Of a stretch of DNA of 64,000 nt, positions 45,547 through 58,660 are shown in pieces. Origin of the DNA: Phaeosaccion multiseriatum (lineage: Eukaryota > Protista > Ochrophyta, other classes). Location of the stretch: NCBI GenBank assembly GCA_965112735.1, contig OZ218958.1, positions 434,001 to 498,000 on the forward strand, read 5' to 3'. A program made the position numbers and the translations under genes. Numbering within the stretch: the first letter of the stretch is position 1; each line of letters starts with the position of its first letter. A model generated the notes under the pieces. The model ran no database searches. It had not been told where the DNA came from and was given only the letters and a program-made list of their open reading frames with translations.

Positions 45547-46200
45547 TTAGTTCCATGTGTAGGCCTGTCCGAGGATGTCGTTGATGATGTAGGGGCGTCC
45601 GTTGAGCTGCTCGTGGACCATGAGGGCGAGGATGCCCATCTGCGCGGCGCGGCCGTTGTTGAGCTCGATGGAGCGCTTGCGGCTCTGGGTCTCCTCGTCC
45701 CACGATGCCCAGGTGGAGTTCTCTCCGAACCTGTTCATGTCACCGGGGGTGGAGCCCTCCACCTGCTGCATGACGGCCAGCTCGAGGATGCCGATGAAGG
45801 CAACCAGCTGGGCAATGCCGGCGGCGGGGATCTTAGAGAAGGCTGCCAGGCCGTTGGGCACGTCCGTGAACTTAATGTTCTCGGAGATGGACAGGTATCC
45901 GGGCAGGCGCACGTTCTGCTGCACAAGGTGACCAGCGATGGCAAGCATGGAGATGCGTCCGTGCTTCACCTCGACGTATCGGAGTCGGTCGAATCGCTCC
46001 TGGTCGGCGTCGTTCAGGAGTCCGAGGGGGTCGAAGAATCCGAGAGGGGCCTGTGCTCCCTCAGCGTCCTCGAAGGCCATCTTCATGCTGCTGGAGCTCT
46101 TGGGGGCCTTGGCAACCGCGCTGCCGGTGAAGGCGGTGGGTGCCACGAAGGCGGAGGCGCACCCGAGGGTGGCCATGGCGGCGATGCAGGCGGTCTTCAT
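45547..46200 (-). CDS. Lhcf: FCP/Lhcf copy 2 (identical protein)
   Basis: Same 217-aa translation as copy 1. Confidence 0.97.
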   Translation of the reverse strand: MKTACIAAMATLGCASAFVAPTAFTGSAVAKAPKSSSSMKMAFEDAEGAQAPLGFFDPLGLLNDADQERFDRLRYVEVKHGRISMLAIAGHLVQQNVRLPGYLSISENIKFTDVPNGLAAFSKIPAAGIAQLVAFIGILELAVMQQVEGSTPGDMNRFGENSTWASWDEETQSRKRSIELNNGRAAQMGILALMVHEQLNGRPYIINDILGQAYTWN

Positions 46201-48057
46201 GCTGCGGAGAGAAGAGAAGAAAGGGGTAGGGTGGGGAAACGGGAGGACGGGGTGAGAAGGGGAATGCAAATCGCTTGACAAAATAAAAGACCACTTGATC
46301 CCTCTTCCTCGCTGCTCGCCTTCCTCCCTGCCTCCCCTCCCCCTCTTCCCTGCACTGCAGCACTCACTTGATGGTGGTAAAGATGTCTTAAAAAGAAGAG
46401 AGGAGGAGATGTGGATTTGATTGTGTTTACTGGTTTGGTTTTCCCTCGCTCGCGACGTCAAGCCCTGGTCAACCAACGGGGATTTCGCTCAAGCGCCGGA
46501 AACCCGCCCCGAAGACAGGAAACTGGCACTTTTTTCCCTTCTCCTCCTCTTTGGTGTCTTGTTGTCTTGTACAAGGCCAGGATGGTGGGGAAAGGGCGGG
46601 GTCTTGCCTCCCCACATGTGCAGTACCATCTCTTCTCTTGCCTCTCCCCTCCCATCTCTCGCTCGCCCTTCCTTTCTTCTGCCGTCTCGACGCAATGGAT
46701 TGAGAACGAGGAGGGGGAGAACAAGAACAGATTTTTAAAGGGCGCAAGAGGTAAGCGTAGCGAGAGGCCGTCTATTGGTCGCGATTCGTCGTCCATTGTT
46801 TGCAGGCTGGGGCACTGCTCTGGTTAGTGCTGCCACCGCTTGGTACCGTCCTACGTGCTGCCGCTGCCGCGTGCGGTTGCAGCCTGCCGGTGTACCGCTC
46901 AACATCTTCTCCCGTCCTCGCTGGCTGCGCAGATGCCAACGCTACGCTGCAGTACCTTCACCATCTTGTCTTTTGTGCTTCCTTCTGACGTGCATTTACA
47001 CTCGCGCGCTTCTTTGTTATTGGTTGAAGGCCTAACCCTCCCCTCCGGCTCTTCATGGGCTTGTTTACTTTTTGGCCCCTTCTGCTGCTTTTGTCGGCCT
47101 TCACCAGATGTTTGCCACGGGGAGAGTAGATGGAGGAGAAGAGCGTAGGAGGAGAGACAAACGGAATGGAGAAGCTCAGGTACGCAGCCATCTCGCCCCC
47201 CCTCTCCCTCCTCATTGCTTCTCCTCTGCGTCCCCTCTCTGTTCTCTCTTTCTTTCTTCCCCTCCGGCCTCCTTGTTCCTTCTTCCCTGCCGCCCTACCT
47301 CCTTTCCTCTCCCTCGCCTTCCAACCCCTTTCCTCCCCTCTGCTTCACCTTCCGACCTCCTTCTCTCTCTCACTCTCCCTGGTCTCATCCTGCTTTCCCC
47401 TCCTTCTCTTCGTCTTACCGCCTGACCTCCTTCTCCCTTCTCTTCTCATTGCCTCTCGACCTCCTTCCCCCCTCTCGTTGCCGCCCGGCATCCTTACTGC
47501 TCTTCGCATTCCCTCCCGACCTCCTTCTCCTCCTTTGTCTTCTCTCCCTCTTCCTTTTTTTTATTTTTTCCTATTCCCTTGCCTCCTTCCCTCCCTCTCC
47601 CTTGCCTTCTCCCTCCCTCTTTCCTTTTCTTCTCCTTCTCTCTTGCCTCCTTTCTTCTATTGTCCTTGCGTTCTGACCCCCCCCCCCCCCTCCCTTGCTA
47701 CCCTCGCTCCTCCTCCCTAACCCTTGCCTCCTCCTCCCCCACCTCCTCCGTTGTCTTCGGACCTCCTGTTCGTTCTGCCATCCGATTGGCATGGTACTGC
47801 ATTCATTCGGATCTGATACACTGAAACTGGTGCTTGTGACAGGCCCTCTACAGGGATCTCGCCCTCTGTGGGGATCTCTAAAGGATGAGCAGGAGGCCCT
47901 GCTTGCTCTCTTTTCTTAGCTTGGCTTCACCTGCCTGCCCCAGCGTGCTTCATTGGAGTGGACATATGAAGCGCCCTGCCGCTGTACTTGGTGTTTTGCG
48001 ACGTGCATGTGAGTACGTGTAGAGTCCCTCTGATTCATACCTACGATGCTCTGCTGC

Positions 48058-48088
<31 letters not shown>

Positions 48089-48469
48089 TCTTCTTGCCGT
48101 GGCTCTGCTCCATTAAAGAGGCCTCTTCACGCTCTTGTATCGAGAAGGAGAGCAGCAGGGACAGCACGCAATGGGCACGCCAAAGTCTGCCCCCAGATGA
48201 CCTAATTCTTCAATTCTGCCCCCCCCCCCCCCCGTGCGGTCTGGCTTCTGCTGTCTGGCCTCTGACCGTGTCCTGTTGTTGCCGCTTTCGTTCATCAGCA
48301 AAGCGCACTCGCGGTCCAGTGCAGAAGCAGCAGTTTCCTTGATGATCATCAGTAGCAAGGGCAGCAGCAGGGGCACCGCCGGCCGACCCATGGAGTGCCA
48401 TCTGCTTCGAGGCTCGGAAAAGGCTGTTGTAGAGGCTTCAGCTGCTGCAGCAGGGCCGACACACCGGCA

Positions 48470-49241
48470 GGTGGGCCTCTCCACGAGCTGACTCTGGCCA
48501 GTCTTCCGCTCCCAGGGCACCACAACACGCACATCTACCGGTGGGTGGATAGGCGCACCAAGATGGGGTGGGCTAGAGTGGGGGTGGGAAAGGGGATGGA
48601 GTCATTTCGGGGGGCGTGGAACGATCTCAAGGTCACGGTGCTTCAACCGGGAAAGGAGAGTGGAGGTCACGAGGTGAAGGTGATGCTGGCAGACAACGGC
48701 ACGGAGTTGATCATGCCCAAGGGGACCAAAGTCAAGCTCAACGCAGAGGGCATCAGGACGACACTCACGGACCCTGAGTGTCAGGCGCAGAACGGCTTAA
48801 ATGAGACGCGCCATCCGTTTCAGCACTGTATGGCGCGCCTCATGTAAGCCGTTCTGAATGCCGTTCTGCGCCTGACACTCAGGGTCCGTGAGCGTCGTCC
48901 TGATGGGAGCCAAGGAGCACAACTGGGGAGCTCATCCGGAGCTGGGACGAGGAGCACCACGCAGCACTCGCTGACATGCCGTCTCTTCCCTACTCGGCCC
49001 ACTGTTCCTGATGCCAGGCCTGAGAGAGAGCGAGGTACCGATACCGCGCACTCTGGCCCAGGCACAAGCGGGAGAGTACGCAGAGGAATGGGCAGAGCAG
49101 TACTGGGCGGAGCTAAACGCATTCGTATGGGAGGAGGTAGACTCTGAGGAGGGCATGAATGTGCTGCAGGCCGTCATGCTCTTCAGAGCCAAGGTGACAG
49201 GGGGGATAGTGGACAGGCTCAAGTGTCGAATTCCATCGTAA
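48470..49241 (+). mobile_element. Ty1/copia retrotransposon relic: integrase-core fragment followed by RT (RVT_2) N-terminal fragment
   Basis: WVDRRTK...KVMLADNGTEL...GIRTTLTDPECQAQNGLNE fits the rve D-D-E pattern. IPRTLAQAQ..EEWAEQYWAELNAFVWEEVD..GMNVLQAVMLFRAK..GIVDRLKCRI fits the start of copia RT. INT-before-RT order is characteristic of copia. Confidence 0.8.
48751..48905. repeat. 46-bp inverted repeat at the INT/RT junction of the copia relic
   Basis: 48751-48796 and 48860-48905 are reverse complements with one mismatch. A further 12-bp inverted copy lies at 48845-48856. Confidence 0.9.
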
Positions 49242-50090
49242 CAAGAGGTGCACAAGAAGTGTCGGAAGCAGCGAGAGAAGGAGGAAACAAGGGGTGCGGG
49301 GTGATTTTCATCCGCAGACCGTACTAAGATCAAAACAGTGTGTACATAGATGGAGACTGCGTCCAAAGATGACCTTCGCTCAAAAGAGACACGCGAGAGT
49401 ACTTGTAAAAGCCCTCACTCCTTTACTTACGTAAGAGCTCACTCACCTCCGAGACACCTTAAAGGCGATTGGCGTAGTGCAGTGTCACTAATGTTACCAA
49501 AGATTCGGAGGGTCTTGTTGCATTCGCCTTACCCATCCTTACCTGGGACGCGTAACCAACAACACCCGGCGATAGATGCACTTTAAGGGGGGGTGAGGGC
49601 CCTCTGGGCTGCAAGTCACCCTTATGTAAGACCCGCATGGCCCTTACGTACGGAACAGGAGTTTCAGTTTGTTTGGCCTCCACACGCTGCAGGGCAGGTT
49701 GCGCTTGTTCAACCTCACTATGTTCAACCTCGCTAAAACAAGGGCAACACGACACGCATGTTCAACCTCGCTAAAACAGTTTGGGGTGGTTAGTATCCCT
49801 AAAGGGGGTGCCTTTGGAGGTGAGTGCCTCTCATGGTGAAAGCTACATTTGTGTATTTAAAATTGTACATAGGACCGCTTCGTACAGGCGATAAACGCCG
49901 TCACTCTACTCGCAAAAGAAGGGGGTGCCTCACTGACTTCGTTCTGGGGGGTGTTTCGTGGTGACTCAAAATACGGCAGATGTTGATCCCAAGAAACTTA
50001 GTGCTGAGAGCGGCTCTACTGCCACACTCCGCGATTATAGACGAAAGCCAGGAGCTCCTCCCCCTTCCGGTCAAGGGATTTGGTAGCTGC

Positions 50091-50744
50091 TTAGTTCCAT
50101 GTGTAGGCCTGTCCGAGGATGTCGTTGATGATGTAGGGGCGTCCGTTGAGCTGCTCGTGGACCATGAGGGCGAGGATGCCCATCTGCGCGGCGCGGCCGT
50201 TGTTGAGCTCGATGGAGCGCTTGCGGCTCTGGGTCTCCTCGTCCCACGATGCCCAGGTGGAGTTCTCTCCGAACCTGTTCATGTCACCGGGGGTGGAGCC
50301 CTCCACCTGCTGCATGACGGCCAGCTCGAGGATGCCGATGAAGGCAACCAGCTGGGCAATGCCGGCGGCGGGGATCTTAGAGAAGGCTGCCAGGCCGTTG
50401 GGCACGTCCGTGAACTTAATGTTCTCGGAGATGGACAGGTATCCGGGCAGGCGCACGTTCTGCTGCACAAGGTGACCAGCGATGGCAAGCATGGAGATGC
50501 GTCCGTGCTTCACCTCGACGTATCGGAGTCGGTCGAATCGCTCCTGGTCGGCGTCGTTCAGGAGTCCGAGGGGGTCGAAGAATCCCAGAGGGGCTTGTGC
50601 TCCCTCAGCGTCCTCGAAGGCCATCTTCATGCTGCTGGAGCTCTTGGGGGCCTTGGCAACCGCGCTGCCGGTGAAGGCGGTGGGTGCCACGAAGGCGGAG
50701 GCGCACCCGAGGGTGGCCATGGCGGCGATGCAGGCGGTCTTCAT
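50091..50744 (-). CDS. Lhcf: FCP/Lhcf copy 3 (identical protein)
   Basis: Same 217-aa translation. Confidence 0.97.
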   Translation of the reverse strand: MKTACIAAMATLGCASAFVAPTAFTGSAVAKAPKSSSSMKMAFEDAEGAQAPLGFFDPLGLLNDADQERFDRLRYVEVKHGRISMLAIAGHLVQQNVRLPGYLSISENIKFTDVPNGLAAFSKIPAAGIAQLVAFIGILELAVMQQVEGSTPGDMNRFGENSTWASWDEETQSRKRSIELNNGRAAQMGILALMVHEQLNGRPYIINDILGQAYTWN

Positions 50745-52651
50745 GCTGCGGAGAGAAGAGAAGAAAGGGGTAGGGTGGGAAAACGGGAGGACGGGGTGAG
50801 AAGGGGAATGCAAATCGCTTGACAAAAATAATAGACCACTTGATCCTTCTTCCTCGCTGCTCGCCTTCCTCCCTGCCTCCCCTCCCCCTCTTCCCTGCAC
50901 TGCAGCACTCACTTGATGGTGGTAAAGATGTCTTAAAAAGAAAGAGAGGAGGAGATGTGGATTTGGTTGTGGTTAGTGGTTCCCATTGGTTTGGTTCCCT
51001 CGCGACGTCAAGCCCTGGTCAACCAACTCGGGATATCGCTCAAGCGCCGGAAACCCGCCCCGAAGTGACAGGAAACTGGCACTGTTTTCGCTTCGCAACA
51101 GGTCTTGTACAAGGCCAGGATGGTGGGGAAAGGGCGGGGTCTTGGCCTCCCCACATGTATAGTACCATCTCTTCTCTTGCCTCTCCCCTCCCATCTCTCA
51201 CTCGCCCTTCCTTTCTTCTGCCGTCTCGACGCAATGGATTGAGAACGAGGAGGGGGAGAACAAGAACAGATTTTTAAAGGGCGCAAGAGGTAAGCGTAGC
51301 GAGAGGCCGTCTATTGGTCGCGATTCGTCGTCCATTGTTTGCAGGCTGGGGCACTGCTCTGGTTAGTGCTGCCACCGCTTGGTACCGTCCTACGTGCTGC
51401 CGCTGCCGCGTGCGGTTGCAGCCTGCCGGTGTACCGCTCAACATCTTCTCCCGTCCTCGCTGGCTGCGCAGATGCCAACGCTACGCTGCAGTACCTTCAG
51501 CGACTTGTCTTTTGTGCTTCCTTCTGACGTGCATTTAACACTCGCGCGCGCTTCTTTGTTATTGGCTGAAGGGCTAACCCTCCCTTGCTGCTCTTCATGG
51601 GTTTTTTGCCTCTTATTCCTCTCTTCTGCTGCTCTTCCCTGTTTGTGTCGGCCTTCACCAGATCTTTTCCACGGGGGAGAGTAGATGGAGGGGAAGAGCG
51701 TAGGAGGAGAGACAAACGGAATGGAGAAGCTCAGGTACGCAGCCATCTCGCCCCCCCTCTCCCTCCTCGTTGATTCTCCTCTGCCTCCCCTCTCTGTTGT
51801 CCCTTCCGCTCCGGCCTCCTTGTTCCTTCTCCCCTGCCACCCTACCTCCTTCCCTCTCCCTCGCCTTTCAACACCTTTCCTCCCCTCTGCTTCACCTTCC
51901 GACCTCCTTCTCCCTTCTCTTCACCTCCCGACCTTCTCTCTCTCACTCTCCCTGGTCTCATCCTGCTTTCCCCTCCTTCTCTTCGTCTTACCGCCTGACC
52001 TCCTTCTCCCTTCTCTTCTCATTGCCTCTCGACCTCCTTCCCCCCTCTCGTTGCCGCCCGACATCCTTACTGCTCTTCCCATTCCCTCCCGACCTCCTTC
52101 TCCTCCTCCTTCGCCTCTCTCTCCGCTCCGCTTTTTGTCTTCTCTCCCTCTTCCCTCTCCATCTTCATCTCCTATTCCCTTGCCTCCTTCGCTCCCTCTC
52201 CCTTGCCTTCTCCCTCCCTCCCTCCTTCCTTTTCTTCTCCTTCTCTCTGGCCTCCTTTCTTCTATTGTCCTTGCGTTCTGATCCCCCCCCCCCCCTCCCT
52301 TGCTACCCTCGCTCCTCCTTCCTATCCCTTGCCTCCTCCCCCACCTCCTCCGTTGTCTTCGCACCTCCTGTTCGTTCTGCCATCCGATTGGCATGGTACT
52401 ACGTTCATTCGGATCTGATACACTGAAACTGGTGCTTGTGACAGGCCCTCTACAGGGATCTCGCCCTCTACGGGCATCTCCAAAGGATGAGCAGGAGGCC
52501 CTGCTTGCTCTCTTTTCTTAGCTTGGCTTCACCTGCCTGCCTCAGCGTGCTTCATTGGAGTGGACATATGAAGCGCCCTGCCGCTGTGCTTGGTGTCTTG
52601 CGACGTGCATGTGAGTACGTGTAGAGTCCCTCTGATTCATACCTACGATGC

Positions 52652-52696
<45 letters not shown>

Positions 52697-54655
52697 TTTT
52701 CTTGCCGTGGCTCTGCTCCATTAAAGAGGCCTCTTCACGCTCTTGTGTCGAGAAGGAGAGCAGCAGGGACAGCACGCGTCTTCCATCAGATGACCTAATT
52801 CTTCAATTCTGCCCGCCCCCCCCCCCCCCGTGCGGTCTGGCTTCTGCTGTCTGGCCTCTGACCATGTCCTGTTGTTGCCGCTTTCGTTCATCAGCAGAGC
52901 GCACTCGAGGTCCAGTGCAGAAGCAGCAGTTTCCTTGATGATCATCAGTAGCAAGGGCAGCAGCAGGGGCACCGCCGGCCGACCCATGGAGTGCCATCTT
53001 CTTCGAGGCTCGGAAAAGGCCGTTGTAGAGGCTTCAGCTTCTGCAGCAGGGCCGTACAGACCAGCAGCACCACTGCCTCCACAGAAGGAGAAGGGAGAAG
53101 AGTTTACACCAGCGCCGGCTCCAGTAGCAGCATGAGCTATAGTAGCAACAGCAACAGCGCCAGGAGCGACAGGGGCATCACTGGAGGGAGTAGGCGGGCA
53201 AGTGGGGTGGCGACTCCGCGGCAGCAGCCGCCGCAGTAGCGGCAAGATGGCGCTGGTATGCGGTGGGAAGCAACAGTAGAAACAGCGGTAGCAGCATTCA
53301 GCGCTAGTACCCAGGGGCCCAGGGGGGTGGGTGGATGGGTGAGCCCGTTGGAAGGAGCCGAAGGAGTAGGCGAGCCTTCCTGAAGCGCGGAGCAGCATTG
53401 TTGGAAAGCAGCTGCATCAGCTGTAGCGGGGCCGACTCTGCTGCCGCATCCTTCCGCTGTGGCAGCAGCTGGCACCAGCAACGCACGGTGTGGCTATCGG
53501 GCAAGTCTCTCACGCCCAGGGAGTCCGAGGTAAGGTCGGTACGTGACGGCGAAGGGTGGCACGCTCAATACCATTCGCTCATGCTGCAACTTGTCACCTT
53601 ATGCTCTCGCCTGCATCTCCTTTACCGTGCACCTCTCGCACGTCACTCACTTTCTCACTCACTCACGCACCGAGCCACCCACCCACTCACGCACCCTCTC
53701 GCTCACTCACCCAGTCACGTACTCACTTACTCACTTACTCACTTCACTCCCTCACTCCCTCACTCCCTCACTCACTCACTCAGTCACTCGCTCACCCCGT
53801 CTCATACTCACGCACCACTCACCCACTCATGCACTCACTCGCTCACTCACTCACTCACTCAACTCACTCACTCAACTCCTCCATCCTCACTCCAGTTCCC
53901 CCCTTTACGCGCACACTCATCCACTCAGGCGCTTGCTTGCTCACTCACTCCCTCTCCCACTCACAACTCCTACTCACTCACGCACTCACCTCCCCCCCCC
54001 CCTCACCATCTTATCCTCTTTGGCGACGCTCAGGGCACCTAGAAGGACGTCAAGTACCTGCGTGGGGTGATTCAAAGCATGGCCCAGTGCGAGCAGCCCA
54101 CGGGGGGGGGTTCCCCCGAGACCGCTCCGAGTGTCTAGGGAGGTGCCAGGCGGAGGCGTGCTTCAGCTACGAGCAATGACACAAGAGAGTGGAGAGATCC
54201 TGAGGGTCCTATTGCACAAGTTGCACACTGACGAGGATTTTACAGACAGGGGTGTGTTTACCACACACCCGAGCAGACACACGGAGTACAGAGAAAAAGA
54301 CAGTGTGTACATAGATGGGAGACTTTTATCCCCAGGCAGCGACAGAGAGGCTGTTCAATAGAAGACCCTTGCGTACCACACACACGAGCAAACACTAGGA
54401 GTCTGCTAAGGTAGAGACAGTGTGTACATAAATGGAGACTTTACCCCCGGGCAGCGACAGAGAGGGTGGAAAACGCACTAGTGTACTACTCAATACAAGA
54501 CCTCTGCTCAAAAGAGACACGAGAAATATCTGTAAAGCCCTCATTCCTTTATTTACATGTGGACAGTCGTCTCCCTTCAAGAGAGCGAAAGTAAAAAGTC
54601 TAGCTATAACCAATGTCTAAGTTCCCTGGCAGCGTCACAAACGACAACAAACTCC

Positions 54656-55309
54656 TTAGTTCCATGTGTAGGCCTGTCCGAGGATGTCGTTGATGATGTA
54701 GGGGCGTCCGTTAAGCTGCTCGTGGACCATGAGGGCGAGGATGCCCATCTGTGCGGCGCGGCCGTTGTTGAGCTCGATGGAGCGCTTGCGGCTCTGGGTC
54801 TCCTCGTCCCACGATGCCCAGGTGGAGTTCTCTCCGAACCTGTTCATGTCACCGGGGGTGGAGCCCTCCACCTGCTGCATGACGGCCAGCTCGAGGATGC
54901 CGATGAAGGCAACCAGCTGGGCAATGCCGGCGGCGGGGATCTTAGAGAAGGCTGCCAGGCCGTTGGGCACGTCCGTGAACTTAATGTTCTCGGAGATGGA
55001 CAGGTATCCGGGCAGGCGCACGTTCTGCTGCACAAGGTGACCAGCGATGGCAAGCATGGAGATGCGGCCGTGCTTCACCTCGACGTATCGGAGTCGGTCG
55101 AATCGCTCCTGGTCGGCGTCGTTCAGGAGTCCGAGGGGGTCGAAGAATCCCAGAGGGGCCTGTGCTCCCTCGGCGTCCTCGAAGGCCATCTTCATGCTGC
55201 TGGAGCTCTTGGGGGCCTTGGCAACCGCGCTGCCGGTGAAGGCGGTGGGTGCCACGAAGGCGGAGGCGCACCCGAGGGTGGCCATGGCGGCGATGCAGGC
55301 GGTCTTCAT
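54656..55309 (-). CDS. Lhcf: FCP/Lhcf copy 4 (identical protein)
   Basis: Same 217-aa translation. Confidence 0.97.
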   Translation of the reverse strand: MKTACIAAMATLGCASAFVAPTAFTGSAVAKAPKSSSSMKMAFEDAEGAQAPLGFFDPLGLLNDADQERFDRLRYVEVKHGRISMLAIAGHLVQQNVRLPGYLSISENIKFTDVPNGLAAFSKIPAAGIAQLVAFIGILELAVMQQVEGSTPGDMNRFGENSTWASWDEETQSRKRSIELNNGRAAQMGILALMVHEQLNGRPYIINDILGQAYTWN

Positions 55310-57944
55310 GCTGCGGAGAGAAGAGAAGAAAGGGGTAGGGTGGGAAAACGGGAGGACTGGGTGAGAAAGGGGGATGCAAATCGCTTGACAAAATAAAAGA
55401 CCACTTGATCCTTCTTCCTCGCTGCTCGCCCTTCCTCCCTGCCGCCCCTCCCCCTCTTCCCTGCACTGCAGCACTCACTTGATGGTGGTAAAGATGTCTT
55501 AAAAAGAAAGAGAGGAGGTGGATTTGATTGTGGTTAGTGGTTCCCATTGGTTTGGTTCCCTCGCGACGTCAAGCCCTGGTCAACCAACTCGGGATATCGC
55601 TCAAGCGCCGGAAACCCGCCCCGAAGTGACAGGAAACTGGCACTGTTTTCGCTTCGCAACAGGTCTTATACAAGGCCAGGATGGTGGGGAAAGGGCGGGG
55701 TCTTGGCCTCCCCACATGTATAGTACCATCTCTTCTCTTGCCTCTCCCCTCCCATCTCTCACTCGCCCTTCCTTTCTCCTGCCGTCTCGACGCAATGGAT
55801 TGAGAACGAGGAGGGGGAGCAAGTAGAAGGAGGGACGGACAAGTCGGCACGGGGCGAGGCAGCGGGAGCTAGAGGCTTCGAAGAGGATTCTTTCAAAGGG
55901 CGCAAGAGGTAAGCGTGGCGAGAGGCTGTCTATTGGTCGCGATTCGTCGTCCATTCTTCACAGGCTGGGGCACTGCTCTGGTTAGTGCTGCCACCGCTTG
56001 GTACTGTCCTACGTGCTGTGTTGTCGATGCCGCGTGCGGTTGCTGCCTACCGGTGTACCGCTCAAGATCTGCTACCGTCCTCGCTGGATGCGCGGATGCC
56101 GAGGATACGCTGCAGTACCTTCAGCGTCTTGTCTTTTGTGCTTCCTTCTGACGTGCATTTACACTCGCGCGCGCTTCTTTGCTATTGGTTGAAGGCCCAA
56201 CCCTCACTTGCGGCTCCTCATGGGCTTGTTTGCGTTTGGTCTTCCTCTCTTCGTCTGCTCTTCGCTGTTTGTGTCGGCGTTCAGCAGGTCTTCCGCCATT
56301 CCGCCACGGGGGAGAGTAGATGGAGGGGAAGAGCGTAGGAGGAAAAACAAAAGGAATGGAGAAGCTCAGGTATGCAGGCATCTCGCCCCCCCCTCCCTCC
56401 TCGTTGATTCTCCTCTGCCCCCTCTCTCCGTTCTCTCTCTCCCTTCCCCTCTGGCCTCCTTGTTCCTTCTCCCCTGCCGCCCTACCTCCTTCTCTCTCCC
56501 TCCCTTCCCTCCTCTTTCCTTCCCTCTGCTTCACCTCCCGATCTCCTTCTCCCGTCCCCAGACGGATCTTCTTGTGCCTGGTTTTGCCTCTGAGCCTCCT
56601 TCTCCCGCACCTTGTGACCTTCTTCTCCCTTACCTTCTGACCTCCTTCTCCCTCTCCGTTGCCTCGCTCTGCCATCTCCCTTGTCCTTCGACCTCCGCCC
56701 GTCTCCCTCGCCTTCCGACCCCCCCCCCCCTCTCCCATCAAACAGCATCGCATTTCGTTGACTTGGGTCTATTGTGTTGAAACGGATGCTTGTAACATGC
56801 CCTCTACAGGGATCTCGCCCTCTAGGGGCATCTCTAGAGGATGAGCAACAGGCTGTGCTTGCTTTTTACTCTTCGGTGCCAACCGCTGCTTCACCTTGAT
56901 CGACCTAGCCTGCTTCGTTGGAGTAGACAGATTAAGCGCACTGCCGTGGTGCTCGGCATCCTGCGACGTGCATGTAAGTAAGCACAGCGCTCTGCCTACA
57001 ATGGTAGTGCTTCTGCTGCTCTGTTTTTGCTGCTGCTACTGCTGCTGCAGCTGCTTCTTTGCCGTGGCTCTGCTCCACTAAAGATGCCTCTTCATCCTCT
57101 TGTGTGTCGAGATGTAGGGCAGCAGCGAACAGCGACATCACGGAATAGGCACACTTACGTCTTCCGCAGTGGATGACGCCATTCATCCCTTCTCCTCCCC
57201 TTCCCCTGCCGTCCGGCATCTGCTGCCTGGCACCTGAATGTGTCCTGCTGCTGCACAGGCTGCTGCGTGTGACTGCCTTCAGCTCATTAGTAGAGTGCAC
57301 TTGGGTTCCAGTGCAGTATCGCAGCTCCCTCTCCCAGCAATAGCAGCAGGAACAGTCGTAGGACCAGCGCTGTCCGGTCCATGGAGTGTCATCTGCGGCC
57401 CGTGCTCAGGAGAGCCGTTCTAGAGGCCTCAGCTGCTGCATCATGGCCGCTCCGGCCAGTAGCACCACTGCCTCCACAGAAGGAGAAGGGAGGATAGTGT
57501 ACGCCCGTGCCAGCTCCAGTTGCTGCGTGAGCTGCAGTAGCAGTAGCAGCGGCGGCGGCAGGGGCATCATCGGAGTGGGTAGGGGGCAGCACCTGCAGCA
57601 GCCAGCAAGCAAGCATAAGCATGAGTAGTGGTCGTAGCAGCGCTAGTGGACGAGGCTTCTTGAAGCGGGCGGGGCAGCATTGTGTAGCTGCAGCAGCGGC
57701 AGCAGTTGTAGCAGGCCCGTTCATTCTCCTTGGGACCCTAGGAGGGCCCATTCATTCTCCTTGCGACCACAGGAGGGCCCAGGTGTCGCTTTCGGGCGAG
57801 TCCCTCAGGCTCAAGGGGGCATAGGACAAGTCGGTACGTGATGGCGAAGCATGGCACACTTAAGTATACCTTTCCCTCGACCTTCTTTTATCCTCTCCCC
57901 TGCCTCTCCCCTACGTTGTGCCTCTCTCACCTCATTCACTTCCC

Positions 57945-58660
57945 CACTCACTCACTCACTCACTCACGCTCCCTCGCGTCCCTCACTAACATACTGATTT
58001 TACTCACTCACCCACTCACGCACGCATGCATCCATCCACGCAGGCCCCCGCTTACTCACTCACTCACTCACTCGCTCACTCACTCTCACACACTCACTCC
58101 CCTGCTCACTCACGCACGTACTCTCGCACTCACTCCCTGACTCACTTCCGCATGCACACGCCCACTCACTCCTTCACTCACTCATGCATGCGCCCACTCA
58201 GTCGCTCACTCATGCATGCGCCCACTCAGTCGCTCACTCAGTCGCTCACTCACTCGCTCACGTACGCACCTACTTAGTCTCTTGTTCACTCGCTCACTCA
58301 CCTCGTCCCCCTACTCACTCACTCACTCAATCCCTCAAGCACTCCCTCCCCTACTCACTCACTCCCTCACTCCCTCACGCAACCACTCACTCACTCACTC
58401 ACTCACTCACTCACTCACTCATTCCTCACCCACTCACTCCTCACTTCACTCATCACTCTCTCACTCCAATTAACTTATTCCCTCCCTCACCCACCTCAGT
58501 CACTCCCACACTCACTCCCACACTCCCTCCCTTCCTCCCTCACTCTTCTCACGTACTCACTCACTCTCACTCTCATTCACTCATTCACTCGCACGCACCC
58601 ACGCACGCCCACTCACGCACGCGCCCACTCAGCTCAGTCGCTCGCTCACTCTCTCACACC
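57945..58660. repeat. Degenerate (ACTC)n tract (paralogues ~43795-44235, ~53640-53990, ~62700-62900)
   Basis: Direct reading. Confidence 0.9.
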
